Shown: positions 42,753 to 53,303 of the stretch, one piece after another
Numbering within the stretch: the first letter of the stretch is position 1
Layout of the letters: every line of letters starts with the position of its first letter
Assembly: GCA_963844035.1 (NCBI GenBank)
Contig: CAWJMT010000023.1
Location: 1-53,303, forward strand
DNA from: an uncultured Gemmatimonadales bacterium
GTDB lineage: Bacteria; Gemmatimonadota; Gemmatimonadetes; Gemmatimonadales; GWC2-71-9
DNA length: 53,303 bases
Direction of reading: 5' to 3'
Notes under the pieces: generated by a model
What the model was told of the DNA's origin: nothing
What the model saw: the letters and a program-made list of their open reading frames with translations, nothing else
Databases searched by the model: none
Position numbers and translations under genes: made by a program

Positions 42753-43457
42753 GTGCACCCGGAACTTGAGCCTTTGTTGGCCCTGCAGGAAAAAGACCAG
42801 GCGGTGACTGCGGCGGAAGCGGCGCTCGCGGCCCTGGCACCGGAAGTGGATGGACTCGACGGGGCAGTGGCGGCGGCCGAGCGGGCGCTGGAAACGGCCC
42901 GGCGGGCGATCCAGGCCGCGCTCGACCGTCGCTCGGAAATGGAAGGGAAGATCGCGAACTACAAAACCATGCAGGACCAGCGGCGCCAGCGGCTGGAGTG
43001 GGTGCGTGGGGCAAAGGAGGCATCGACCTTGATGGCCGAGCTCGACCTCGCGCGCTCCGTGCTCGCCAAGGAGGAGGCGGAGTTCATGCGCTCCGGTGAC
43101 GCGGTGACCGAAGCGGAGCGCCGGGCCGCCGAAGCGGAGAGGGCGCTGGAGGAGCTGCGCGCGGCCCAGGCGCCCGGGCGCGAGGGGATCGCGGGACGGC
43201 GCGACGGGATCGCGAGCGAGCGCGAGCAGGCGCTCGCGGCGCGTGAGGCGGCGGCCGCGGCGGTGGCCGCGGAGTTGTTGGCTCGCTACGAGAAGATCCG
43301 GCGCGGCAAGGCGCCGCTCGCGCTGTACGCGTTGCATGGCGACGCGTGCGGCCGATGCTACACGGCGGTACCCACGCAGCGCCGCGTGCTGATCCAACGG
43401 GGCGCGACCATCGAAACCTGCGAAGCGTGCGGTGTGCTCTTGTACTCGCCGGAATGA
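42753..43457 (+). CDS. Coiled-coil plus C4 zinc-ribbon protein (DUF164-like)
   Basis: Long coiled coil followed by CGRC...CEACG.LLY. Confidence 0.9.
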   Translation: MHPELEPLLALQEKDQAVTAAEAALAALAPEVDGLDGAVAAAERALETARRAIQAALDRRSEMEGKIANYKTMQDQRRQRLEWVRGAKEASTLMAELDLARSVLAKEEAEFMRSGDAVTEAERRAAEAERALEELRAAQAPGREGIAGRRDGIASEREQALAAREAAAAAVAAELLARYEKIRRGKAPLALYALHGDACGRCYTAVPTQRRVLIQRGATIETCEACGVLLYSPE

Positions 43458-45155
43458 TCCCGGCACGCTGGACCATCGCGCCGCCGGCGGATGCGGCTCT
43501 CACCACCGCGCTGGCCACCAATCTCTCCATCCCGCTCCCTCTCGCGGCGCTCCTGGTGCAGCGCGGCCTGGGCGCCCCGGACATCGCCAAGGCGTTCCTC
43601 CGGCCCGACCTCGACAGGCTCAGTGATCCGCGGGCGTGGGCGGACATGGCGCGCGCGACCGATCTCGTCGCGGCGGCCGTGCGCGGCGGGTACCCCCATC
43701 CTCGTGCACGGGGACTACGACGTGGACGGTCAGTGCGCCGCGGCCCTGCTCACGCGCGTGCTGCGCGCGGCCGGCGCGGTCGCTCACGCCTTCGTCCCCA
43801 ATCGGCTGCGCGACGGCTACGACTTCGGGCCGGCGGGGCTCGCCGAAGCCCGGCGCGTACGCGCCGGGCTGATCATCACGTGCGACTGCGGCATCACGGC
43901 GGTCGAGGCCGTCGCGGCCGCGAACGCCGCCGGGTGCGAGGTCATCGTCACCGACCACCACCTCCCGGGTGACGTGCTGCCGCCGGCCGCCGCCGTGGTG
44001 AACCCGCGCCGGCCCGATTGTCCCTCCGAGGACAAGGATCTCTGCGGCGCCGGCGTCGCGTTCAAGCTCGCCCAGGCGCTCGTGGCCGCCCTCGGGCTCT
44101 CCCCCAACCTGCCGCTGCACTTCCTCGACTACGTCGCGCTGGCGACGGTCGCGGATGTGGTGCCGCTCGTGGGCGAGAACCGCATCCTCGTGCGCCATGG
44201 GCTCAAGATGCTCGCCGACTCGCGCTGGACCGGCCTGCGCGCGCTGGTGGATGCCGCGGGCCTCGGCGGCAAGCCGCTGCGCGCGGGCCACGTCGGGTTC
44301 ATCCTCGGACCCCGGCTCAACGCCGCGGGACGGATCGGTGATCCGATGGACGGCGTGCGGCTGCTGCTCACGGACGACCCCGATGAGGCGGCCAGCGTGG
44401 CGCGAGAGCTGGAAACGCTCAACGCTCGCCGCCAGGCGCTCGACCAGGCGATGCTGGACGACGCGATCACGCAGGCGGACGCGGCTCTCGCACCCGACGA
44501 TCGCGGTCTGGTGCTGGCGTCGGCGGAATGGCATCCGGGTGTGATCGGCATCGTTGCGTCGCGTCTGGTCGAGCGCTATGGTCGCCCCACCTTCCTGATC
44601 GCCTGGGATGGCGACGTGGGCAAGGGCTCGGGACGGAGCGTGGCGGGGCTCGACCTGCATGCGGCGCTCAAGCGGGTGGGCCCGCTGCTCGAGAAGTACG
44701 GCGGGCACGCGATGGCGGCGGGCCTCACGATCCGGCGCGAGCGCTACGAGGAGTTTCGGATTGCGTTTCTCCGGGTAACGGGCGAGCTTCTTGGCCCCGA
44801 AGACATGGCGCCCGCTCAGCACGTCGATCTGGAGCTGCCGCTCGGTCTGGTGAGTGAGGAGCTGGAAAAGCTGATGCGCTACATGGAGCCATGCGGGCCC
44901 GGCAATCCCGCCCCGGTGTTCGGGGTGCGGGGCGCGCGCGCCGTGTCGGCCAAACGGGTGGGGACGAATCACCTGCGGTTCGTCCTGGACGACGGGTCCG
45001 GGCTCCTGCCGGCGATCGGATTCCGGTGGGCCGACGTCGTCCCCGACGCCTGGCTGCGCGCGCCGCTCGACGTGGCGTTCCGCCTGGAGCGCGACGAGTG
45101 GCAGGGGCGCACCACCCTCCAGGCGCGCGTGGCGGCACTGGCGCCCAGCAAGTAA
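43454..45155 (+). CDS. recJ: Single-stranded DNA exonuclease RecJ (frameshift near 43690)
   Basis: HGDYDVDG, DCGI, TDHH, TVADVV, PRLNAAGR, GSGRS, GGHAMAAG. Confidence 0.97.
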
Positions 45156-45162
45156 CGATCCC

Positions 45163-45681
45163 ATGATCCGGATCATCGCTGGCGAATTCAAAGGGCGACG
45201 TCTCAAGACGCCGGCGAGCCTGAAAGTGCGGCCCACCGCCGATCGGGTGCGCGAGGCATGGTTCAGCATCGTGCAACGCTCGCTCCGCGGGGCGCGGGTG
45301 CTCGATCTCTACGCCGGCACCGGCGCACTCGGACTCGAGGCCCTGTCGCGCGGCGCCGCCACCGCCGACTTCGTGGAGGTGCACCGCCCGGCCCTCACCA
45401 TCCTGCGCGCGAACATCAAGCTTCTGAAGGTCGAGGAGCGCACCGTGATCCACCGCCAGGACGCGTTGAAGTTCGCCGAGCAGCTGCACGCCGGGCAGTA
45501 CGACGTGGCGTTCGCGGACCCACCCTATGCGGGCGACCAGGCGGCGCTGCTGGTGGCGATGTTCCGCCTCACGCCCTTTGCCCGCGTCTTCGCCATCGAG
45601 CATGCCGCCGACCGGCCGATGCCGGGGGACGACACCCGCCGCTACGGCGACACCGGCGTCACGTTCATCTACGCGCCGTGA
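45163..45681 (+). CDS. rsmD: 16S rRNA (guanine966-N2)-methyltransferase
   Basis: [32 protein letters not shown]. Confidence 0.95.
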   Translation: MIRIIAGEFKGRRLKTPASLKVRPTADRVREAWFSIVQRSLRGARVLDLYAGTGALGLEALSRGAATADFVEVHRPALTILRANIKLLKVEERTVIHRQDALKFAEQLHAGQYDVAFADPPYAGDQAALLVAMFRLTPFARVFAIEHAADRPMPGDDTRRYGDTGVTFIYAP

Positions 45682-46159
45682 GCCGCATCGCGCTGTACCC
45701 CGGGTCGTTCGACCCGATCACGCGCGGACACGAGGATCTCGTGCGGCGCTCGCTGGTGTTCGCCGACCGGGTGATCATCGCGGTCGCCGTCAACGCCGCC
45801 AAGGAGCCGCTCTTCTCGGTGGAGGAGCGGGTGGGGCTGATCCGGCAGGCCATCGCGCATCCGGCCGTCGAGGTCCAGTCGTTCGACGGGCTGCTCGTGG
45901 ACTTCGCGCGGCGGGTGGGTGCATCGCTGCTGGTGCGGGGGCTGCGGGCGGTCAGCGACTTCGAGTACGAGTTCCAGATGGCGCTCATGAACCGCCACCT
46001 CGCGCCGACGCTCGAAACCGTGTTTCTCGTCCCCGCGTTCGACCTCACCTACCTGAGCTCGAGCATGGTGCGCGAGGTCGCCCGCCACGGGGGCGACGTG
46101 TCGCAGCTGGTCCATCCCGCCGTCGCCAACGCGCTGAAGGTCAACGGTTCCGGACCTGA
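45678..46159 (+). CDS. coaD: Pantetheine-phosphate adenylyltransferase (indel near 3' end)
   Basis: [33 protein letters not shown]. Confidence 0.97.
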
Positions 46160-46292
46160 GCGGCCGCGACTACTTGACAGCGCCAGACGCCGCATACAAA
46201 CTGGTGCAGCGACCGGGGTGTCGCCGGGTGCCGCCGCCGACGATATTGTGGCACGGCGCGGAGTCGCCGTCCTTCAAAGCCGAGGAGCGCGC

Positions 46293-46628
46293 ATGAGCTT
46301 CAGTCTGCGTAAGGACAAACACGGGGTCGTGGTGGTCGGCGTGGACGGCCAGCTGATCGTCGGGAACCGTCAGGAGCTGAAGCAGAAGGTGCTCGATGCG
46401 CTCGACGGCGGCGCCCGGAAGTTCGTCATCGACTTCACCCCTACCGGCTACATCGATTCCTCGGGGCTGGGCGTGCTGGTGTCGCTCTCCAAAAAGATTC
46501 GTGAGCAGGGCGGGGATCTGCGGCTGGCGGGCCTGAACGAGGATCTGCGGACGCTGTTCGAGCTCACCAAGCTCGATACGCTGTTCGCCATCGCCAAGAG
46601 CCCCGAGGAAGCGCTCGCCGCCTTCTAG
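46293..46628 (+). CDS. STAS-domain anti-sigma factor antagonist (RsbV/SpoIIAA-like)
   Basis: [19 protein letters not shown]. Confidence 0.93.
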   Translation: MSFSLRKDKHGVVVVGVDGQLIVGNRQELKQKVLDALDGGARKFVIDFTPTGYIDSSGLGVLVSLSKKIREQGGDLRLAGLNEDLRTLFELTKLDTLFAIAKSPEEALAAF

Positions 46629-46634
46629 CCGGCC

Positions 46635-47087
46635 GTGACCACGCCGCTGCGCCTCGACGTCCGCCGTTCGGGGAGTGGACCCACGGTGGAGTTGTGGCTC
46701 GACGTCCCGTCGGCGCTCGAATACGTCGGCCCGGCAGTCGATCTGATCGCCCAGGCGTGCCCGCCGGGCCCGCTGTCCCCCCGCCGCGTCGCCTTCAACC
46801 TCCGGACCGCGCTCGCGGAAGCGCTCACCAACTCCATCGCCTACGGCAACCGCCACGATCGCAAGCGGATGGTGCGCGTGCGCATCGAAATCACGCCCGA
46901 AGCGGTCCGGATCCATGTCGCGGACGACGGCGCCGGGTTCGATCCCTCGGCGATCCCCGATCCGACCCTTCCCGAAAACATCGAGCGGGAGAACGGCCGG
47001 GGCCTGTTCGTGCTCCGTCACCTCGTTGATCACGTCACCATCAACGACAAGGGGAACGCCGTTTGCCTGACGCTGCTGGCGGGCTGA
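46635..47087 (+). CDS. Anti-sigma factor Ser/Thr kinase (RsbW-like HATPase)
   Basis: EALTNSI.YGN, DDGAGFDP, GRGLF, GN. Confidence 0.92.
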   Translation: MTTPLRLDVRRSGSGPTVELWLDVPSALEYVGPAVDLIAQACPPGPLSPRRVAFNLRTALAEALTNSIAYGNRHDRKRMVRVRIEITPEAVRIHVADDGAGFDPSAIPDPTLPENIERENGRGLFVLRHLVDHVTINDKGNAVCLTLLAG

Positions 47088-48681
47088 CCCGGCTCGACGG
47101 CGTCCTCCTGGCGCTCGAACGCCTCTCCGGCGCGTCGCTCGCGGGTGTGGCGCCAGGACGGAGACGCGACGCGGACCCTCGCCGGGCCCGCGGTGGGATG
47201 GACTCCGCCCATGAACGGCGTGCGCGCGGGCCGGCAGCTCAAGACGCCCGATGGCCCCGCCTGGTTCGAGCCGGTCCCGGACGCGGACGGCGTGTGGATC
47301 GAGATCCGGGAAGGGAAGGGCAGCGCCGGCACGGGCGGCCGCGGCGCGCTCGCCCAGGTCGTGGGCTCCGTGCTCGCGACCGAGCAGGAAGCCGGCGCAG
47401 GTCGCCGCTGAGCTGTCGGACCGGTACGAAGAGATCGATCTGATGTACAGCATCAGCGAGATCCTCGGTCATACGATCCGGCTCGAGGACGCCGCGCAAC
47501 GGATTCTGGTGGAGGTCTCCACGGTGGTGCGGGCCGGCCGGGCCACCCTGCTCGCGCTCGACGAGGAGCGGCGCGTGCTGCGGCTCGTCGCCTCGCGCGG
47601 CATGGATCCGGCCGATGTGGAGCCGCTCGAGCTCGACGACCCGCTCTCGGTGGCGGCGCGGGTGTTCCGCGAGGCGAGGATCATCAGCTACGACCCGACC
47701 GACCTGGCGGCCAAGAACCCCGGCTCTCCCGAGGGCCGGCAGTACAAAGGGAAGGCGTTCCTGTCGGTCCCGGTCGTGTACGCCGCCTCCGGCGGCCCGT
47801 CGCGGCCGATCGGCGTCATCAACCTGACCGACCGGGAGGGCGAGGACGCGTTTACGACCGGGGACCGCAAGCTCGTGGTCTCGATCGCCAATCAGATCGG
47901 CGCCGCCATCGAGAACGCCCGGCTCGTGGCGCGCGATGTGAATCAGGAACGGATGCGCAGCGAGATGAAGCTGGCGCACGACCTGCAGCTGAAGCTGCTG
48001 CCGTCGCCGCTGGTGCTCGCGGCCAAGGTGGACGTCGCGGCGCGCTGCCGCCAGGCCGACTCGGTCGGGGGCGACTTCTACAATCTCCTGAACCTCCACG
48101 GGGACCGCATCGGCGTCATGATCGGCGACGTGACGAGCCACGGCTTTGCCTCGGCGCTGATCATGGCACTCGCCATGGCCGCCTCCGGCATCCACGCCGC
48201 CGCGGCCACGACCCCCAGCGACGCGCTGGAGCGGCTGGAGCAGTCGCTGATTCCCGAGCTCGGCCGCACCGAAATGTTTTTGCAGCTGTTCTACGGGATG
48301 ATCGATGCCAACGAGCATCGCCTCACGTACGCCAACGCGGGCCACCCCCACGCGTTCCTCGTGGACGGCACGACCGGCGCGGCCACCCGCCTCGAAGCCA
48401 CCCGTCCCCCGCTCGGCGTCGAGCCCAAGCGGGGCGAGGACCATCAGTGCCCGTGGCGGCCCAAGCGCGACATCCTGTGCCTGTTCACGGACGGCCTCGT
48501 GGATGCCGTCGGCGAAAGCAACCCGGGGCGCTTCGGCGAAGAGCGGGTGCTGGCGCACGTCAGCGCGCTGCGCGCCCGGCCGGCACGGGAAATCCTGGAA
48601 GCGATCTACGCCGATCTCGCCGCCTTCACCGGCGGCGGCCTGCCCTCCGACGACCGCACCCTGGTGCTGCTCAAGGGGTGA
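47084..48681 (+). CDS. GAF + SpoIIE (PP2C, RsbU-like) phosphatase (frameshift near 47395; start uncertain)
   Basis: GAF domain followed by VGGDFY, IGDVTSHG, NAGH, FTDGL, DDRT. Confidence 0.9.
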
Positions 48682-49483
48682 CGCGCCTCGGCCAGCACTT
48701 TCTCGCCGATCGCAACCTGCTCGAACAAGATCGTCGCCGCGCTCGATCCGGCGCCGGACGACGTCGTGATCGAAATCGGGCCGGGGGAGGGGAGTCTCAC
48801 CGGCATCCTGGCGCCGCTCGTCTCGCGGGTGATCGCGATAGAGACGGATCGCCGGTTGGCAGCGGAGCCGAGGGAAGAGGGAAGCGGGAATGCGGGAAGC
48901 GTGAGGTCGTCGAGGGGGACGCGCTCAAGGTCGACTGGCATGGATTGGTTCACCCTTCCCTCCTGCACTCTTCCCACTTCCCGCCTTTAAGGTCATCGGA
49001 AATATCCCGTACTACATCACCTCGCCCCTCATCGAAAAGGCGCTCACGCCCCCGCTCCCTGCCCGCGTCGTGTTTCTCGTGCAGCGCGAGGTCGCCGACC
49101 GGCTCGCCGCCGCGCCGGGGAGCAAGCGCTACGGGGCGCTCTCGGTGGGGGTTCAGGCGGTGTGCCGGGTCGAGAAGCTGTTCGTCGTGAAGGCCGGCGC
49201 GTTTCGTCCTGCACCACGAGTGGACAGCGCGGTGGTGCGGTTCACGCCGCTCCCCGCTCCATTGATCGCCGCCGCCGAAACGGCGGCATTTCGGACGTTC
49301 GTCACCGCCTGCTTCAGCCGTCGGCGCAAGCAGTTGCGCAACGCGGTCATGGCGGCGACGGGCCGGCCGGCGGCGGAGGTGAGCGCACTTTTGAAGGCAC
49401 TCGAGCTCCCGCCGGCGGCGCGGCCCGAGACCCTGGCCCCTGAGGTATTTGTGCGACTCTTGCGCGCGAGCCCTGTATTGTGA
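48678..49483 (+). CDS. rsmA: 16S rRNA adenine dimethyltransferase RsmA/KsgA (frameshifted)
   Basis: LGQHFL, IEIGPG.G.LT, GNIPYYIT, QREVA.R, F.PAPRVDSAVV, RRKQL.N. Confidence 0.95.
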
Positions 49484-49495
49484 AATAGTTCACAA
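49478..49495. promoter_or_regulatory. Rex operator (ROP)
   Basis: TTGTGAA-ATAG-TTCACAA, an exact match to the TTGTGAA-N4-TTCACAA consensus, 1 bp before the rex ATG. Confidence 0.92.
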
Positions 49496-49496
49496 T

Positions 49497-50117
49497 ATGC
49501 GGAAGATCGCCGAGAGCACGGTCCGCCGCCTCTCGCTGTACCTCCGGTTCCTCGAGCAGTTTGCAGCCCAGGGACATACGACGGTCTCGTCGGCAGAGCT
49601 TGCCCGCCGGGGGGGCACAACGTCGGCACAGGTGCGCAAAGACCTGTCGTTCTTCGGGTCGTTTGGAAAGCGCGGCCTGGGGTATTCGGTGGCCGAGCTG
49701 GCTGCCAAGATCCGCGACATCCTGGGCCTCGAGCGCACCTATCGCGTGGTGCTCGTCGGGGCGGGCCGCATCGGCAGCGCGCTGGCGCAGTATCCGGGGT
49801 TCCGCCAGCGCGGCTTCAACGTCATGGCGATCTACGACACCGATCCCAAGAAGGTCGGCGGACGCTGGAACGGATTGGTGGTGCGCGACGTGAGACACCT
49901 CGAAGCGGATCTCAAGCGGGACCCGAGCGACATCGCCATTCTCGTGACCCCGGCGGACGCGGCGCAGGAAGTGGCCAACCGCCTGGTGCACGCGGGCGTC
50001 AAGGCGATCCTCAACTTCGCGCCGGTGCAGCTCACGGTGCCGCGCGACGTGGTAGTGAAATCGGTGAACATGGCGCTCGAGCTCGAGACGCTGAGTTTCG
50101 CCTTGGCCAATCGGTAG
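49497..50117 (+). CDS. rex: Redox-sensing transcriptional repressor Rex
   Basis: RRLSLYLR, QVRKDLSFFG.FG.RG.GY, VGAGRIG, ILNFAP. Confidence 0.97.
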   Translation: MRKIAESTVRRLSLYLRFLEQFAAQGHTTVSSAELARRGGTTSAQVRKDLSFFGSFGKRGLGYSVAELAAKIRDILGLERTYRVVLVGAGRIGSALAQYPGFRQRGFNVMAIYDTDPKKVGGRWNGLVVRDVRHLEADLKRDPSDIAILVTPADAAQEVANRLVHAGVKAILNFAPVQLTVPRDVVVKSVNMALELETLSFALANR

Positions 50118-50158
50118 GTCGGCCCTCGGGATTCCGCATTCCGCATTACCTTTCGTTC

Positions 50159-51396
50159 ATGGCGACGCGCGTGCACGTGACGTCCGAAATCGGCCCCTTG
50201 CGGGCCGTTCTCGTTCACACCCCCGGGCCGGAGCTGCTCGGCGGTCACCCCGGCGAACCGCGAGGACTACCTCTACGACGACATCATCGACCTCGAGCAG
50301 GCGCAGCGGGAGCACCGGCGGTTGGTCGCGGTGCTCGAGCGGTTCGCCGAGGTGTACGAGATCCGCACGTCTGCTCGACCGAGATCGTGGCGCGCCCCGA
50401 GGTGCGGGACCTTCTCGTGACCCGGACGCTCGACGTCGTGCCGTCGGACGCTCTCGCCAAGACGCCTCGCCGCGCTGCCGGCGAAGGAGCTGGTGGACGT
50501 GCTGATCGACGGGGCGATCGAGGAGGCGGGCCCGATCGCGCGGGCCCTGAACGAGACCGGGTACGTGCTGCCGCCGCTGCCGAACCTGTTCTTCACGCGC
50601 GACGTGGGGCATGGTGATCGGCGAGCACGCGGTCGTCGGCTCGATGCGCTACGGCGTGCGCTGGACCGAGGAGCTGCTGGTCTAGGCGCTGTTCCGCTAC
50701 CACCCGCGCCTCGAGAACGCCGGCATGCTGTACGACGGCTCGGAGGAGAAGCGCGGCAACTACACGCTCGAGGGCGGCGACGTCCACCCGCTGCGGCCCG
50801 ACCTCGTGGTGCTCGGCTTCACCGAGCGCTCCAGCCCCGGCCGCCCTCGATCAGCTGTGCGATCTGCTGTTCGAGCGCTGCGGCGTCACGGACGTGATCG
50901 TGGTCGTGCTGCCCAAGGAGCGCACGGCGATCCACCTCGACATGATCTTCACGCAGGTCGACACGCGAGCAGTGCGTGCGTGTACCCGCCGCACTTCGTC
51001 GGGCCGGAGCGCCTGGCGGTGCTGCACCGGCGCAAGCGGTCCAAGCCGTCAAGGAGATGCCGAACTTCTTCGCGGCGCTGCACACCGTCGGCCAGCCGCT
51101 CGAGCCGGTGTTCTGCGGCGGGTCGAACCGCCCGACCAGGAGCGGGAGCAGTGGTCGTGCGGCTGCAACTTCTTCGCGGTCCGGCCCGGGGTGGTGGTGA
51201 CGTACGAGCGCAACGAGGCGACGCTGCGCGAGATGCGAGCAGGCGGGGTTCGGCATCACTCCGGCGGCGGACCTGCTGACCGGGCAGGAGGCCGGCGGGC
51301 GAGCGGGCGGTCATCACCATCGAGGGCAGCGAGCTGGTGCGGGGCGGGGGCGGCCCGCGCTGCATGACGCTGCCGCTGCGCCGCGACGACCTGTGA
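50159..51396 (+). CDS. arcA: Arginine deiminase family protein (heavily frameshifted, one in-frame TAG)
   Basis: [54 protein letters not shown]. Confidence 0.88.
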
Positions 51397-52186
51397 GCGG
51401 GCTCGCCGCGTTCCCCGCTTCGAGCCTCGCGAACCGCGCGGCGGCGTACCTGGAGGCGGGCCCCGCCTCGAGCATCGCGCGTCGAGACGTGCTGGGGCTG
51501 GGCGCGACCCCGCGCGCCCTGGCGGCCAAGATTGCCCAGGCGCTGGTGGGCGGCGATCCCCGGGTGGCGCCGACGCCCGAGGGCCGCTGGGCGCTCGTCG
51601 GGACCGCGAGCGACGCTGCCAGCCCCGACTCGGTGCGTGCCGGTACGCCGTGGTGGACGTCGAGACGACGGGCGGCAGCGCCCGGGCCGGCGGCCGCATC
51701 ACGGAGATCGCCATCGTGCACGTGGACGGGACCACGCCGCGGTCGCATTTGACTGCCTGGTGAATCCCGGCGTGCCGCTCTCGCCGTTCGTCACCCGGCT
51801 CACCGGCATCAGCGACGCCCCGTGCGCGGCGCGCCGCGGTTCGAGGAGATCGCCGACGCGGTGCTGGCAGCGCTGGCGGGCAGCGTGTTCGTGGCGCACA
51901 ACGCGCGCTTCGACCTGTCGTTCGTGCGCGCGGAGCTCGAGCGGGCCCGCGACGTGCTGCTTCCAGGGCCCCCGCGCTCTGCACGGTCCGGCTCTCCCGC
52001 GCGCTTGCTGCCCGACGCTGGCCGCCGCAATCTGGACAGCGTCATCGACTTGTTCGGCATCACCACCGAGCGGCGCCATCGCGCCGCCGGCGACGCCCTC
52101 GCCACCGCGCGGATCTTGCGGGCGCCTGCTGGGCCGCGCGGCGGAGCGGGGCGTCGCGCACCTGGCAGGAGCTGGCCGCGCTGTAG
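51393..52186 (+). CDS. DnaQ/DEDDh 3'-5' exonuclease with N-terminal extension (frameshifted)
   Basis: [36 protein letters not shown]. Confidence 0.88.
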
Positions 52187-52189
52187 CGA

Positions 52190-53056
52190 TCCGCCCTCGC
52201 CGCACGCGTCTTCACCGTCGGCCGCCTGACCTGCTGGACCCTCGACGCCGGCCTGCAGCGCCTCGACGGCGGCGCGATGTTCGGCGTGGTGCCGAAGCCG
52301 CTGTGGGAGCGGCGCATCCCCGCCGACGCGCGCAACCGCATCCCGCTGGCGCTGCGCTGCCTGCTCGTCGAGCACGACGCCGGCCTGGTCCTGATCGACA
52401 CCGGCATCGGCAACAAGGACGATCGCGAAGTTCCACGACATCTACGGCGTCGAGAACACGGGCGGCCGGGCCGACGCAGCTCGAGGACGCGCTCTCGGCG
52501 GCCGGCTTCCGCCCGCCGAGGTGCGCTGGGTGGTCAACACGCACCTGCACTTCGATCACGCCGGCGGCAACCTCCACCGGGCGCCGGATGGCTCCGTCGC
52601 CCTCGTTTCCCGAACGCGCGCTACGTGGTGCAGGTGCGGGAGCTCGAGTTCGCGCCGCACACGAACGAGCGCACCCAGGCGAGCTATCCGCCGGCCAACT
52701 TCGCGTCGGTCCCGTTCACCCAGGTGGACGGGGAGGTGGAGATCGTGCCGGGGATCCGGCTCCTCCCCACGCCGGGCCACGTCCCCCACCATTCCGGTGC
52801 TGATCGAGAGCGGCGGCGAGGCGGGGCTGCTTCCTCGGCGACGTCGTGCCGACGAGCGCCCACCTGCCGCTCGCCGTGGATCATGGGGTACGACCTCGAG
52901 CCGCTGGTGACGCTGGAGACGAAGCGCCCGGCGTACCGGCGGGCGGAGGGGGAGGGGTGGCAGCTGTTGTTCGAGCACGACCCGGCCGTCGTGGCGGGGC
53001 GCCCGGGGGCGGGAGGGGAAGGGAATTGTCTTGTGGAGCCGCGACGTCGAGGGTAA
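52190..53056 (+). CDS. MBL-fold metallo-hydrolase (YtnP-like; frameshifted, start uncertain)
   Basis: LDGGAMFGVVPKPLW, LIDTGIG, THLHFDHAGG, TPGH, MGYD, FEHD. Confidence 0.9.
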   Translation, partial: SALAARVFTVGRLTCWTLDAGLQRLDGGAMFGVVPKPLWERRIPADARNRIPLALRCLLVEHDAGLVLIDTGIGNKDDREVPRHLRRREHGRPGRRSSRTRSRRPASARRGALGGQHAPALRSRRRQPPPGAGWLRRPRFPNARYVVQVRELEFAPHTNERTQASYPPANFASVPFTQVDGEVEIVPGIRLLPTPGHVPHHSGADRERRRGGAASSATSCRRAPTCRSPWIMGYDLEPLVTLETKRPAYRRAEGEGWQLLFEHDPAVVAGRPGAGGEGNCLVEPRRRG

Positions 53057-53090
53057 GTTGCTGCCCACAATACGGTAAGCGGGCGCCGTT

Positions 53091-53243
53091 GGCGTCCGAC
53101 CCGCCGCCTCGCGAGAGTGCTTTAGGGTATTCAGTTGCGCCGTCAGCCATCAGCGATCAGCCCTCAGAGGCTGCCCGCTGACTGCTGAGGGTTGATAGCT
53201 GATGACTCTTTTGGCGGCGGGCTCCCGGACGGACGGGGTCCGC
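53091..53243 (+). other. Candidate structured RNA / 5' leader containing a heptamer-repeat hairpin
   Basis: Outer stem CCCGCCGCC..GAGAGT / ACTCT..GGCGGCGGG; inner TCAGCCATCAGCGATCAGCCCTCAG / CTGACTGCTGAGGGTTGATAGCTGA; AGGAGGAG RBS downstream. Confidence 0.45.
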
Positions 53244-53303
53244 TTTCGCTTTTCTCTCAGGAGGAGAACCGAAACTGGCAATCGAAAGCAGCAGCAGCAG
53301 CAG

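Noticed and set aside
38442..45603. Long minus-strand ORFs opposite mutS2, dnaG and recJ
   Set aside because: Antisense shadows with no recognisable motifs
45258..46628. CoaD-STAS fusion ORF (456 aa)
   Set aside because: Caused by an indel near the coaD end; STAS has its own GAGGAG RBS and ATG at 46293
50683..50685. In-frame TAG in arcA as stop-codon recoding
   Set aside because: A single instance in a very error-rich segment; TAG is a normal stop elsewhere in the window
53287..53303. (AGC)n microsatellite
   Set aside because: At the window edge; cannot distinguish a poly-Ser tract from an end artefact

Overview
A GC-rich, indel-riddled (long-read-like) bacterial contig, mostly Gemmatimonadota-like by gene content and order (inference). 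Bases 1-~1770 hold an mreB-mreC block that abuts an N-terminally truncated methyltransferase, a possible chimeric junction. Bases ~1770-25800 are a surface-polysaccharide island: MurJ-like and Wzx flippases, Wzy/O-antigen ligase, Wzz, an SLBB/Wza exporter, glycosyltransferases, methyltransferases, epimerases, lhgO, a nucleotidyltransferase-like protein and a beta-barrel. The island is interrupted by a Uma2 cassette flanked by 59-bp direct repeats and by a Y1-HUH transposase flanked by REPIN-like repeats. tRNA-Ile2(CAT) and tRNA-Val(CAC) follow, then rfaE1 and a Wzi-like gene. A long + strand housekeeping run comes next: DMT, asparaginase II, CMD, obgE, dprA, a second Y1 transposase, hemW, hrcA, dnaJ, HIT, rpsU, yqeY, mutS2, dnaG, Zn-ribbon, recJ, rsmD, coaD, STAS/RsbW/RsbU, rsmA, rex (perfect Rex operator at its start), arginine deiminase, a DnaQ-like exonuclease and an MBL hydrolase. 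The most unusual signal is a family of 7/8-mer tandem-repeat hairpins and REP palindromes that sit between genes and also inside conserved genes (hemW, dnaG, mutS2, rsmA, asparaginase). Many genes are frameshifted, so some boundaries are approximate.
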